A stretch of 64,000 nucleotides of DNA, taken from NCBI GenBank assembly GCA_965197905.1, contig CBDAOB010000004.1, positions 1,568,001 through 1,632,000 of the forward strand. The letters are read 5' to 3'. The position numbers were made by a program, and so were the translations under genes. This document shows, one piece after another, positions 48,604 through 58,070 of the stretch; within the stretch, counting starts at the first letter, position 1, and every line of letters begins with the position of its first letter. Under the pieces are notes generated by a model, which saw only the letters and a program-made list of their open reading frames with translations, was not told the origin of the DNA and made no database searches. This DNA is from Candidatus Latescibacterota bacterium. GTDB lineage: Bacteria; Latescibacterota; UBA2968; UBA8231.

Positions 48604-49497
48604 TCAGATGCGCCGATTGACCACCACCGCGCCCGTCGCGACCATGGCCACACTGGCGAGGATCTTCCAGGAAATCTCTTCCCCGAGAATCAAGTTGCTC
48701 AGCAGCACTCCCGACAACGGCGTGATGAAGCCGAAGACCCCTACCCGACTGGCGCTGTGTCGCTGCAACAGGAAGATCCACAGGATAAAACAAACCCCCG
48801 CAACGATGAATCCTTGGTACAGCACGGCAGCCACCGCATTGGTGGTCAGCGCGAATCGCGCCTCCCGTTCAACCGCGAAGCTGAGGACCGCGAACACCGG
48901 CAGGCTCATGGTTGCCTGCCAGAACAAGACCTGGTACGGATGCAGATCGTGCACGAGCCGCTTGAGGATAATGGTTCGCACCCCCAGCAGAACGGCGCTC
49001 AGCAGTACCAAGAGATCCCCGAACAAGGTGGCGGTACCCTGAAGATCGAGATCGTCGAAAAATAGAAGCACCACTCCGCCGAACGCCATGGTCAGACCTA
49101 GCGCCGTAGACAGCGTGAGCAGATCGCGAACGAACAAGTGGGCGAAAACGGCCGTGAACAGGGGATACGAGTTCATGAGCACCGTCGAGCGACTCGCGGT
49201 GGTATAATCGGTGCCGTAATTCAATAGCAGAATCTGCGCTACAAAGATAACAAGCAGTCCGCACAACCCTTTCCATTCCGAGCGTGGCACCCGGGGCGAA
49301 ACGCCACTCACCCACAACGCCACCAGAACCACCAGCGCGCCAATGACGAAGCGGGCGCCGGCCATAGCCACGGGTGGCATGTCCTGCAGGCCGAGTTTGA
49401 TGAAAACGGAATTGCCGCCCCAAAGAAAGGTGGCCAGGGTGGCCAGGGCGGCGGCTTTGAGCTCGATGCGCTCGTTGCTGAGTTCGACAGCGGGCAA
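48604..49497 (-). CDS. EamA/DMT transporter
   Basis: LWGGN, RF, PLF, GDLL; about 10 TM segments. Confidence 0.88.
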   Translation of the reverse strand: MPAVELSNERIELKAAALATLATFLWGGNSVFIKLGLQDMPPVAMAGARFVIGALVVLVALWVSGVSPRVPRSEWKGLCGLLVIFVAQILLLNYGTDYTTASRSTVLMNSYPLFTAVFAHLFVRDLLTLSTALGLTMAFGGVVLLFFDDLDLQGTATLFGDLLVLLSAVLLGVRTIILKRLVHDLHPYQVLFWQATMSLPVFAVLSFAVEREARFALTTNAVAAVLYQGFIVAGVCFILWIFLLQRHSASRVGVFGFITPLSGVLLSNLILGEEISWKILASVAMVATGAVVVNRRI

Positions 49498-49507
49498 GGT
49501 CGGCTGT

Positions 49508-50038
49508 CTACCGAATTACCCGCGCGCTCACTATGTAGTCTAGATCGGGGAACTCTTCGTGCAGGTAAGCATTGCCTTGAAACTGGATGCGACCCTGGTC
49601 GGGCTTCTGTTCATGTTTGCTGTTGATGCCGTCCACCACCTCCATCCCTTTGGTGATTTCGCCGAACGTGGCGAATCCCATGCCGTCGAGGTGGACGTTG
49701 TCGTTGAAATTGATGAACACCTGGGTGGTGCGACTATGAGGCTGATTGGACTTGGCGAAGGCGATCGTGCCGCGCTTGTTGGTCGCTTTGACCGGGTCGT
49801 CCTTAATGTTCGCGTCGCGCCACTTGGCGGAGATCTCCGGGTCGCCGTGAATCCCGAACTGCACCACGAAGCGGGGTACCACACGAAAGAAACGTTGCTC
49901 ATCAAAGAATCCGTTCATCACCAGGTTATAGAAGCGGTCGACGCCGATGGGCGCATCGCCGCGGGTGACCGACAGGCTGAACTCGCCGGCGCTGGTGGCG
50001 AATTTGACGGCAAACTCATCCGGAGCTTGCTGATTCAT
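49508..50038 (-). CDS. Cyclophilin-type peptidyl-prolyl isomerase
   Basis: FFRVVPRFVVQFG, RGTIAFA, RTTQVFIN, FGEITKGMEVVD. Confidence 0.92.
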   Translation of the reverse strand: MNQQAPDEFAVKFATSAGEFSLSVTRGDAPIGVDRFYNLVMNGFFDEQRFFRVVPRFVVQFGIHGDPEISAKWRDANIKDDPVKATNKRGTIAFAKSNQPHSRTTQVFINFNDNVHLDGMGFATFGEITKGMEVVDGINSKHEQKPDQGRIQFQGNAYLHEEFPDLDYIVSARVIR

Positions 50039-50180
50039 TTCGCTGTTTTTTGGGTGTCAATAGGCCTTCCCGGTTGAACCCTCCCCTTTCCCGTTCACCA
50101 CACCCGGAAAGAAACGGCAGTGCGCACACTAAGAGCGCGCAGAGTGTCGTCATGCGGAATTCTTGCTCCTTTAGTGATGT

Positions 50181-52448
50181 TCAGAGTCCCTGAAGGGTGG
50201 TACGAATTGCGGCGGCAGTGATACCGAAGTGAGCCCAGGTTTCCATATGTCCCTCCGACGGGGCGGTGCCCGGATCGGAGATACCCACATGTCGGCACGG
50301 AATACCCAGCGCGGCGGCCGCCGTAGCTACCAGACCGGCGAACCCCCGCGCGCCCGATTCCACGGTGCCGATCAATCCGTCCTCGACGGTGACCACTCCC
50401 TCGGTATAAGGGGCGACCAGCGCGGTGAGTTGGCCGGGTTGTAGCGGCAGTCCGTTGACTACAAACACGTCTGTTGCCATGCCTTCGGAGATGATCTGAT
50501 CGGCCGCTTCCGCCGCCAGGAAGGCGGGGGCGCCAAAGGCGAGAACCCCCCGGCGGGCGTGATCGTAGCGCCGCAGAGCCGTGATTTCCTCCCACGCATC
50601 ATCGAGGCTCCATAGCGGTTCGGCGCTGTCCTGCTTGGCAAGAATCGGCAGATCGTCGCGCGGTATGCCGATGATGTGACCTCCATAGTGAGCCGCAAGA
50701 TCGAGCACGGCCAAAAAAGCGGCGCGGGCATCCGCCGGGGCATAGAAACGGTGCAGGTACGGAAGGTAGGTGAGCCCGACGTTGATCCAATCGAGCCCCC
50801 ATCCCGAGAAGTGGTCGCGACCGGTGCAGGCACCGACGTGGGACAGGTGAAAGGTGACGTTGAGGCCCTCGTTGACCCCGTTGAGGTTGCGCTGATAACG
50901 CCACAGGTCAAACCCTTCGCGGGCGATACCTTCGTAAAAAGCGGCAAAGGTGGATACGACATTCAGCTGGGGGCCTGAGCCGGTCATGGACAAGCCATCG
51001 GCTACCAGGGTAGCCGCCTGTTCCTCGATGCTCATCTCGAACTGGTGATCGGCGGCGAGGAAAGATCGGGCTTTGGCTAATTTTGTGGACGGATCCAGGT
51101 CGCAGCTGACGACGAAGACATCCTCCGGAAACGCCTTGGCCACGGCGGCGTAACCGGCCTCCGAACCGCTGCGGGGAGATTCGCTGGTTCCAGGGTGTGG
51201 CAGCTCAATCTCTACCAACGCGTTTGCGGGCAGTACCAGATTCCTGCTTCCAGGGGCTGGCCGCGCCGCGGTTATCACCGTGCGTTGCGGTTGTGCGCGC
51301 AAGTTTTCCAGGGTCTGTTTCTGTGCAGGCGTAGAGGTAAGCATCGCGCTCGCCAGCACGGCATCGCAATCGCGACCTTTCATGTGTCCGTCGTGGTGTC
51401 CTTTGCCGCCGGGCAGCTGGTTTACCAGAAACAGACACTCCAGCATCGCTTCCACGTCTCGAAAACTCATGAGCGAACCCGGTACCCATACCTCAGTATC
51501 AAGAGCGACCTTGTTGGCGGCGGCAAAAGCGTCCATTTCGACGCCGATCCCGTAGCCGACGCCGAAACTCTTCAGGGTGGACACCTGGCCGTTGTCCGAT
51601 CGATATCCGACCGGATAGACCATGGAGGGCCGGCCGGTCTGGGCTAGCTCGAAACCCTGGCGATACGCTGCGTAGAGGCTCTCCGTATCGTGCAGACTGG
51701 GTATCTCCAACACCTCCACACCCAGGGACTCGATGACGCGGCGTGGGTCCTTGTCCATGATCGATTGAGTGCTTCCCGAAAGCTGGATCCCATTTCGATG
51801 CATAACGAAAGTGATGGGCGCGCCATGCACGTCGGCGGCGTTAAAACCGTTGAGCGCCTGGCCCGAGATCCAACCCGCGTCGCCGCAATGGGTGACGACC
51901 CAAACACCGTCACCGAACTTGGCACGCTTGCCCAGAGCCTGACCGACCGCCACCGGAATCATGACTCCGAGGCGCCCACCGTTTAGCTGGGTACCGCCGG
52001 GCAACCACGATACGTGACCGGGAATGTCCAGGCCGCGGCGGAATCCATCGATCACCACCTCCTCATCGAGGTACCCAAAGGCGGCCAGCGCCGCGTAATA
52101 ACCGACACTCGTGTGGGCGTGCTCGATGGTGTATTCAATCTTTTCGAAATCGGCAACCGCCATGGTCAGTAAGAGCGGCGGGATGAGCTCCAGTCCACCG
52201 CCGAGGTGGTCGACCTCGTTCAATTTCGCCAAGGAGCTCAGCGTGCGTATCGACACGGTTGCCGCTTCGATCTGCAGCCCTTCCAATGCCAACAGTTGGT
52301 CCTTTTCGAGCCGCGCCTGGGAGCGCACATCCAGATGCAGCGGCAAGACGGTGGAGCGCACTACGGGTCCGAGGTATCGGGTGGCGGACAAGAGCGCCGC
52401 ATTGCGGTGATCCTGCGTCTCTACTCGATCAGACACCGCTGAACTCAT
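50181..52448 (-). CDS. Single-chain transketolase-like ThDP enzyme, divergent
   Basis: HLGGGL, EHAH, PGH, GDA-x-RN ThDP motif, DLDPST, MSIEEQ, DHFSG, TVED. Confidence 0.8.
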   Translation of the reverse strand: MSSAVSDRVETQDHRNAALLSATRYLGPVVRSTVLPLHLDVRSQARLEKDQLLALEGLQIEAATVSIRTLSSLAKLNEVDHLGGGLELIPPLLLTMAVADFEKIEYTIEHAHTSVGYYAALAAFGYLDEEVVIDGFRRGLDIPGHVSWLPGGTQLNGGRLGVMIPVAVGQALGKRAKFGDGVWVVTHCGDAGWISGQALNGFNAADVHGAPITFVMHRNGIQLSGSTQSIMDKDPRRVIESLGVEVLEIPSLHDTESLYAAYRQGFELAQTGRPSMVYPVGYRSDNGQVSTLKSFGVGYGIGVEMDAFAAANKVALDTEVWVPGSLMSFRDVEAMLECLFLVNQLPGGKGHHDGHMKGRDCDAVLASAMLTSTPAQKQTLENLRAQPQRTVITAARPAPGSRNLVLPANALVEIELPHPGTSESPRSGSEAGYAAVAKAFPEDVFVVSCDLDPSTKLAKARSFLAADHQFEMSIEEQAATLVADGLSMTGSGPQLNVVSTFAAFYEGIAREGFDLWRYQRNLNGVNEGLNVTFHLSHVGACTGRDHFSGWGLDWINVGLTYLPYLHRFYAPADARAAFLAVLDLAAHYGGHIIGIPRDDLPILAKQDSAEPLWSLDDAWEEITALRRYDHARRGVLAFGAPAFLAAEAADQIISEGMATDVFVVNGLPLQPGQLTALVAPYTEGVVTVEDGLIGTVESGARGFAGLVATAAAALGIPCRHVGISDPGTAPSEGHMETWAHFGITAAAIRTTLQGL

Positions 52449-52540
52449 CTTTCAGCTCCTTTGGCGTTTGGGTTTGGTTATGATATCACACCCCCATCTC
52501 TTCCGCAAGAAATTGAGGTCGATGTTATTCGCTGTTGCAC

Positions 52541-54329
52541 CTACTCTCGAGCCAGTTCGTACTCAACGCCGAGCTCGGTGCGGACTCCAGATTCGAGGGT
52601 GTGCAGGAAGGTGTAGAGGTGGCTGGTCAGGTAGAGTGGTTTGTTGGTATGCGCGGAATAGACCCAGACGGTCTGGGGGTCGGGAGTGAATGTAGTCGTG
52701 AGTCTGTAGGTGCTGGTGCCGTGACGAAGTTTGACGGTTCCCTTCAGAGAACCGCTGTTGGCAGCCGCCGGATCGACATCGTGGCGCAAGAGGAGGATCT
52801 CAGGCCCGGATTGGTGGGTTGCTTCCTGCTGAAAACTGGTGTGGGGGGGATTCACCGGCCGCGTGGCGACAGCGTCGCCCACCTCTTCGATGAATCCCTG
52901 GTTCGAGAAGCCGGGGAATCCAACCATGATGTATGGTTCCTCAAGCCGTCTCTGGGTGCGGTTGACGACGGTGTAGTCGATCCCGAACCGGGACCCGACC
53001 AGGGGCAAGCGGTAGGTGACCGAAAGATCGGCCCCCTCTTCGGTGGTATTCCTCCGTTCGTAGCGCAGCAGGATTCGATCGGACTCCTCGACAATCTCCG
53101 GTTCCCCCCAGTCCTCCTGCAGGAGTTTGGCCGCCAGCCACTGATCCTCGGTGCCTGCCTGGCGGTACCAGAACCATTCCCAGTCGCCCAACGGCAGCTC
53201 CGGGTGCGCGAAGTCCGGCGTCTGACCGTTCAGCTTTAACGAGACGATGCCGAAAGGCGATGCGCCTTGAATGGCGATGGTGTATGACGGCATAAAGATC
53301 CGGATCCGAGGACCGTCTCGAACGATGTGGTATTGGGGCGGGAGAATCTCTTCGGCCACCTCTTTCATCGCTTCCACCGGGACCGTCTCTTCTACCGCTT
53401 CCGGCTCTTCTACTGCTACCATCTCTCCCACCGCTTCCGGCTCTTCTACCGCTTCCGGCTCTTCTACCGCTTCCGGCTCTTCCACCGCTTCCAGCTCTGC
53501 TACTGCTTCCGGCTCTTCTACTGCTTCCGGCTCTTCCGCCGCTTCCGGCTCTTCTACTACCGCTTCCGGCTACCGCTTCCGGCTCTGCTACCGCTTCCGG
53601 CTCTGCTACCGCTCTGCTACCGCTTCCTACCGCTTCCGGCTCTGCTACCGCTTCCGGCTCTGCTACCGCTTCCGGCTCTGCTACCGCTTCCGGCTCTGCT
53701 ACCGCTTCCGGCTCTGCTACCGCTTCCGGCTCTGCTACCGCTTCCGGCTCTGCTACCGCTTCCGGCTCTGCTACCGCTTCCGGCTCTGCTACCGCTTCCG
53801 GCTCTGCTACCGCTTCCGGCTCTGCTACCGCTTCCGGCTCTGCTACCGCTTCCGGCTCTGCTACCGCTTCCGGCTCTGCTACCGCTTCCGGCTCTGCTAC
53901 CGCTTCCGGCTCTGCTACCGCTTCCGGCTCTGCTACCGCTTCCGGCTCTGCTACCGCTTCCACTGCCGAGCTGTCGCTCGTGGCCGTGGTATCGCCCTTC
54001 GCCACCGAAAGCACCCGCTGCAGCATCGAGTCCAGCCGTGCGGCGAGCACCGGGTCGTGGCGCGCGCGCTCCAGGGCCGTGCCCTCGCCGAATCGATCGG
54101 CGAACAGAAAGAGATCCTCGAAATCAACCCGCCCGCTGCCGTTCAGATCGAAGCGCGGATCGGCGCTTCCAAAGGCTTCCATGAAAAGGGTCAAATCGAT
54201 GAAGTCTACGCCGCCGTTGTCATTGAAATCACCTTCAAGCTCGTCTCCCCCTGCCGAGACAAACGTCACCCAGAGAGCGAGCATCAGGAGAGCGGGGAAA
54301 GGAGTTCGCAAGGACGCGGGATCCGCCAC
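52541..54329 (-). CDS. Exported protein: dockerin/EF-hand-like domain + (AVAEPE)n linker + unknown C-terminal domain; frameshifted inside the repeat
   Basis: Signal peptide, GDFNDNGGVDFID...FDLNGSGRVDFEDLF; ORF 54329 frame joins ORF 53485-52541 across irregular units at ~53550-53626. Confidence 0.75.
53387..53961. repeat. 18-bp coding minisatellite CTACCGCTTCCGGCTCTG
   Basis: 18 perfect copies at 53627-53950 plus degenerate/truncated copies (AVEEPE variants) back to ~53387. Confidence 0.95.
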
Positions 54330-54497
54330 CTAGGAAACCTCTGACGATGGACTGCCTGCGGACTGTTTTGCCACTGATTTGCCGGCCTTCGGGTGTGTTG
54401 ACATCAAAAGAAAACCGGCCTAGATATAGGCCGGTCCGCTACACTCTTCGTTCAACCATACACCAACAATCCTCCACTCGCCAGACGGAGCCGTTGG

Positions 54498-55061
54498 ATG
54501 GAACAAGATCCCTCACGGGACGCGGCGCTGGCCTTGTTGCGGCGCTACAACAGCAATCCATCCCTTATCAATCACGCTAGATCGGTCGAGGCCGCCATGC
54601 GTTTTATGGCGCGCAAGACTGGGGCCGACGAAGATCGGTGGGGCCTCGTGGGTCTGATTCACGATTTAGATTACGAGCAGTTTTCCGATCGCCATTGCCA
54701 CAAGACCGCAGAGCTGTTGCGGGCCGAGAGCTGGCCCGAGGAGATCGTGCGGGCGGTTCTTTCTCATGGGTGGCAGATATGCACCGAGGTCGAACCCGAA
54801 ACCGACCTCGAACGGACCCTGTATGCCGTCGACGAGCTCGCCGGGCTGGTGACGGCGTGCGCTCTGGTGCGACCGTCCAAGAGCGTAAGCGACCTCTCGG
54901 TGAAATCGGTGAAGAAGAAGTGGAAGCAGAAGAGTTTCGCCGCCGGAGCCGACCGCGAGGTCATTCTCCGCGGCACCGGGATGATGGGGGTGGGTCTGGA
55001 CGAACTGATCGGCGACGTGATCGCGGCCCTGCAAGAAGTGGCGGACGAGATCGGGCTCTAG
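54498..55061 (+). CDS. HD-domain (HDIG) metal-dependent phosphohydrolase
   Basis: H...VEA.M, GLIHDLDYE, LSH, DELAG, RPSKS, FAAG..R. Confidence 0.9.
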   Translation: MEQDPSRDAALALLRRYNSNPSLINHARSVEAAMRFMARKTGADEDRWGLVGLIHDLDYEQFSDRHCHKTAELLRAESWPEEIVRAVLSHGWQICTEVEPETDLERTLYAVDELAGLVTACALVRPSKSVSDLSVKSVKKKWKQKSFAAGADREVILRGTGMMGVGLDELIGDVIAALQEVADEIGL

Positions 55062-55070
55062 CCGCCCTTT

Positions 55071-55955
55071 ATGGAACTCTCCGTTTCGCGTGGCGAGGCC
55101 TACGCCCTGGCCTGCGGTTTCCTGTGGGCGGTGAACAGCTTGATCCTGCGGACCCAGGCGCTCAAGCTGCAACCCAGACTAGTAAACATGATTCGGTGCG
55201 GGGCCGGGGGGTTGCTGTTGTGTCTGGCGCTTCCGCTGGGCGGACCGCTGGCGAGCCTATTGCAGGTAACGCCTTTGGAATGGTGCCTGCTTTTCGGCTC
55301 GCTGCTGTTCGGCGTTGTCCTGGGCGATACCGGCTACATCGCCGCGCTCAGAGAGGTCGGCGTTTCCCGCACCATGGCCGATCGCCGGCACCTACCCGTT
55401 GGCCACCCTACTGTTCGAGTGGGTGTTGTTCGACCATGCCGCCGGACTGGGTTTGTTGGCGGGATCCTGCCTCGTAGTGGCAGGGGTGGTATTTATGACC
55501 AGCCGTCCCACGGCCGCCGCCGAACCTACAACGAAGGCCAAGGTCGGTGTCGCGCTGGCGCTTGGAGCCGCGCTGTGCTGGGGCCTGAGCTGCGCTCTGC
55601 TGAAGCCGGCCAGCCCCACATGAGTGGCATCCACGCCAACGCGGTGCGTATGCCGCTGGTGGTCCTGATTCTCTTTTTCAGTATTGCGCTGCCCAGCGGT
55701 CTCGGAACTATGCGGAACCTGAAGACGAAAAGCGTGTTGATCGTGGCCGCAAGCGGTGCGGTCAGCATGGGGCTGGTGGGCATCCTCTTCGTCGATGCCC
55801 TCAAGGACGGCAGCGCCACCAAGATTGTCACCCTGACCTCCACGTCACCTCTGTTCGCATTGATTCTGGCGGTTGTCTTCCTCAAGGAGAAGCTCAACGC
55901 CCGGGTACTGGTCGGGTCCGGCTGCTGCCTCTCCGGAGTATTTCTGGTTCTGTGA
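55071..55955 (+). CDS. EamA/DMT transporter with two compensating frameshifts (~55377 and ~55615)
   Basis: GDTGY..AL..VGVSRTM then the hydrophobic frame PIAGTYPL...ALCWG (ORF 55315), returning to AVRMP...SPLFALILAVVFLKEKL. Confidence 0.8.
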   Translation: MELSVSRGEAYALACGFLWAVNSLILRTQALKLQPRLVNMIRCGAGGLLLCLALPLGGPLASLLQVTPLEWCLLFGSLLFGVVLGDTGYIAALREVGVSRTMADRRHLPVGHPTVRVGVVRPCRRTGFVGGILPRSGRGGIYDQPSHGRRRTYNEGQGRCRAGAWSRAVLGPELRSAEAGQPHMSGIHANAVRMPLVVLILFFSIALPSGLGTMRNLKTKSVLIVAASGAVSMGLVGILFVDALKDGSATKIVTLTSTSPLFALILAVVFLKEKLNARVLVGSGCCLSGVFLVL

Positions 55956-55971
55956 CCTCGTAGGGCTCCCG

Positions 55972-56838
55972 ATGCGATTTGCCATTGTCTGCAACCCTGC
56001 CGCCGGGGACACCAGCGCCGCGGACAAAGCCCGGCTGCTCGCGGCACCGGCTCGAGTCTTGGGCGCCCAGGTGTATGGCCTCGACACCTTGAGTAAGGAC
56101 GAATTGGCGGCTTGTGCGCGGGATCTGGCGCAACGGCACGACGTGGTGGTGGTGGCCGGGGGTGACGGCACCTTCTCCGACGTGATGAATGCACTCGCCG
56201 ACGCCGCTCCGACCTTAGCGTACTTGCCTCTGGGCTCCGGCAATGCTCTACGGCGAGCGTTGGGCATGGGCGGCAATCTGGTCCGCGGCGCCCAGCGTAT
56301 CGCCGATGGCAGTAGCCGCGCCGTGGATCTGATCCGCTGCGACGAAAAGCGTCTGGCTTTTGTGGCTTCGGTGGGTCTGGACGCAACGGTCCTGCGTCTG
56401 ATGAGCGCGAGGTCCCACGCCGGCCACCGGGGGTTCGGCGACTATGCGGCAGCCGCCGTTCGCGCCTACTTCAAGGAGCATCGGCGGTCTTCTGTATCGT
56501 TCACCGTGGACGAGACGCGTGCCTCCGCAACCCGTCTTTTGAACCTTGCGGTGGTCAAACAGCCATATTATGGCTTCGGGTTGAAGATGGTACCGCGCGC
56601 GCGTTTCGACGACGGACAACTGCACCTGTGGTGTCTCGAGTCGGGATTGCTCGGAGCGGTGGCCGGAGTGATTACGGCGTTAAGTACCGGTAATCGGATG
56701 GGCAGATTCTACTCCGGCGTCCAGGCGAGTGTGGAATTCGAAACGCCGCAAGAGTTTCAAAGCGACGGGGATTGGCGCGGGAAAGCTAAGCGGTTCCGTT
56801 TTGAAATCGCGCCGCACGCACTGAACGTCCGCTGCTGA
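55972..56838 (+). CDS. Diacylglycerol/lipid kinase family (YegS/BmrU)
   Basis: NPAAG, AGGDGT, PLGSGN, YYGFG, DDG, SDGD. Confidence 0.9.
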   Translation: MRFAIVCNPAAGDTSAADKARLLAAPARVLGAQVYGLDTLSKDELAACARDLAQRHDVVVVAGGDGTFSDVMNALADAAPTLAYLPLGSGNALRRALGMGGNLVRGAQRIADGSSRAVDLIRCDEKRLAFVASVGLDATVLRLMSARSHAGHRGFGDYAAAAVRAYFKEHRRSSVSFTVDETRASATRLLNLAVVKQPYYGFGLKMVPRARFDDGQLHLWCLESGLLGAVAGVITALSTGNRMGRFYSGVQASVEFETPQEFQSDGDWRGKAKRFRFEIAPHALNVRC

Positions 56839-56851
56839 CGCCGACCTACCC

Positions 56852-58057
56852 TCAACCGGCGAGCTGCCCGAACCGCGTTGACGGCACCCCCTCGCGCCGG
56901 TAGCGATAGCGGTAGATGCCAAGGGCGGTTGCCGCGGCCAGTGGAAGCACCGCCACCACCCACAACATCGACTCGAACTCCACTACCGCCAGCAACACAC
57001 CGCCCACAATCGGCCCAGCCACTTTCCCCGCATTGCGCATCGTGCCCACTGCCCCCATGCCGGCCCCAACGTGATGCTGGTCCATCTGCTCCGACACCAA
57101 CGCCAGGGTGTTTGGAAAGATCAACGCTTGAGCGGCGCCCACCAGGATCGCCACCGCCATCAGCGACGGCGGATTGTCAGCGACCCCCAACAGGGGTAGG
57201 CAGATGCCCATGAGACCCATGCCCAGGGCGATGCCGAGAAGGTGTCCCATGCGGTCGCCTAGGCGTCCGCCCAGCGGTTTCAAGGACAGGTGGGCGATCT
57301 CCTGGACCGAAAAGAAAAGTCCCACCAGCAGGACGCTAATCCCCTGGGAAAGAGCGAAGAGCGGTAGAAACGCCTTGGCCGCGTAAAGGGCGAGAAAAAC
57401 CCCCAACTCCAGAACACCGGCCAGCCAGACGCCGGCCGCCTTGCTGCCGCTCCGCATCGCCGCGGTCATCTGCTGGCGCACCGATGCCCGTGTCGTCCAG
57501 TCGCGCGACGTCGACTCGTTTAGGAACAAGGTCGGAATCAAAGCGATACAGCTCAGCAAGCCGATGACCGTAAAGATGAACCCTGGGTCCATGGTCAACA
57601 ACAGCCATCCCCCCAGCGCCGGCCCGAGAATGTACCCGCCGCTGCGAGCGATTCCAAACCAGCCCAGTCGTTCCGCACGCCGGATGGTGCCCTGTTCGGC
57701 GACGAAGGCCAGCGAAACCGGTCCGAATATGGCGGTTGCCAATCCGTGCACCAGCCGTAACGCCAGTAGCTCCTCCTGGGAGTGCACAAAACGGTACAGG
57801 AATGGAGTAACCGCAAAGAAGGCGATTCCCACCACGAGCCATCCCCGCCGACCCCACCGATCGGACAGCACCCCAAAGGTTGGTTTCAGCACCATGCCGG
57901 TGAGCGTGGATACGGAAACAATCAAACCCAAGAATACTGCCTCCGCGCCGAGGCTGGCGGCGAAAAGGGGTAAGAGGGGGGTCTTAGCCATCTGATAACC
58001 CGTGCGCACGACGAAATCGGCGGTGGTGATCCTGGCGAGGTCTAGTCGGCGGTGCAT
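56852..58057 (-). CDS. MFS transporter
   Basis: G.LSDRWGRR, RLVHG, GPALGG, GRLGDRMG; about 12 TM segments. Confidence 0.9.
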   Translation of the reverse strand: MHRRLDLARITTADFVVRTGYQMAKTPLLPLFAASLGAEAVFLGLIVSVSTLTGMVLKPTFGVLSDRWGRRGWLVVGIAFFAVTPFLYRFVHSQEELLALRLVHGLATAIFGPVSLAFVAEQGTIRRAERLGWFGIARSGGYILGPALGGWLLLTMDPGFIFTVIGLLSCIALIPTLFLNESTSRDWTTRASVRQQMTAAMRSGSKAAGVWLAGVLELGVFLALYAAKAFLPLFALSQGISVLLVGLFFSVQEIAHLSLKPLGGRLGDRMGHLLGIALGMGLMGICLPLLGVADNPPSLMAVAILVGAAQALIFPNTLALVSEQMDQHHVGAGMGAVGTMRNAGKVAGPIVGGVLLAVVEFESMLWVVAVLPLAAATALGIYRYRYRREGVPSTRFGQLAG

Positions 58058-58070
58058 CTGATCTGTTCGG

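Noticed and set aside
53387..53961. CRISPR array
   Set aside because: Head-to-tail 18-bp units with no spacers, in frame within a CDS, and no cas genes.
53271..54344. Plus-strand ORFs encoding (LCYRFR)n and (LLPLPA)n
   Set aside because: Antisense by-products of the stop-free repeat; the minus strand has the signal peptide and dockerin-like motifs.
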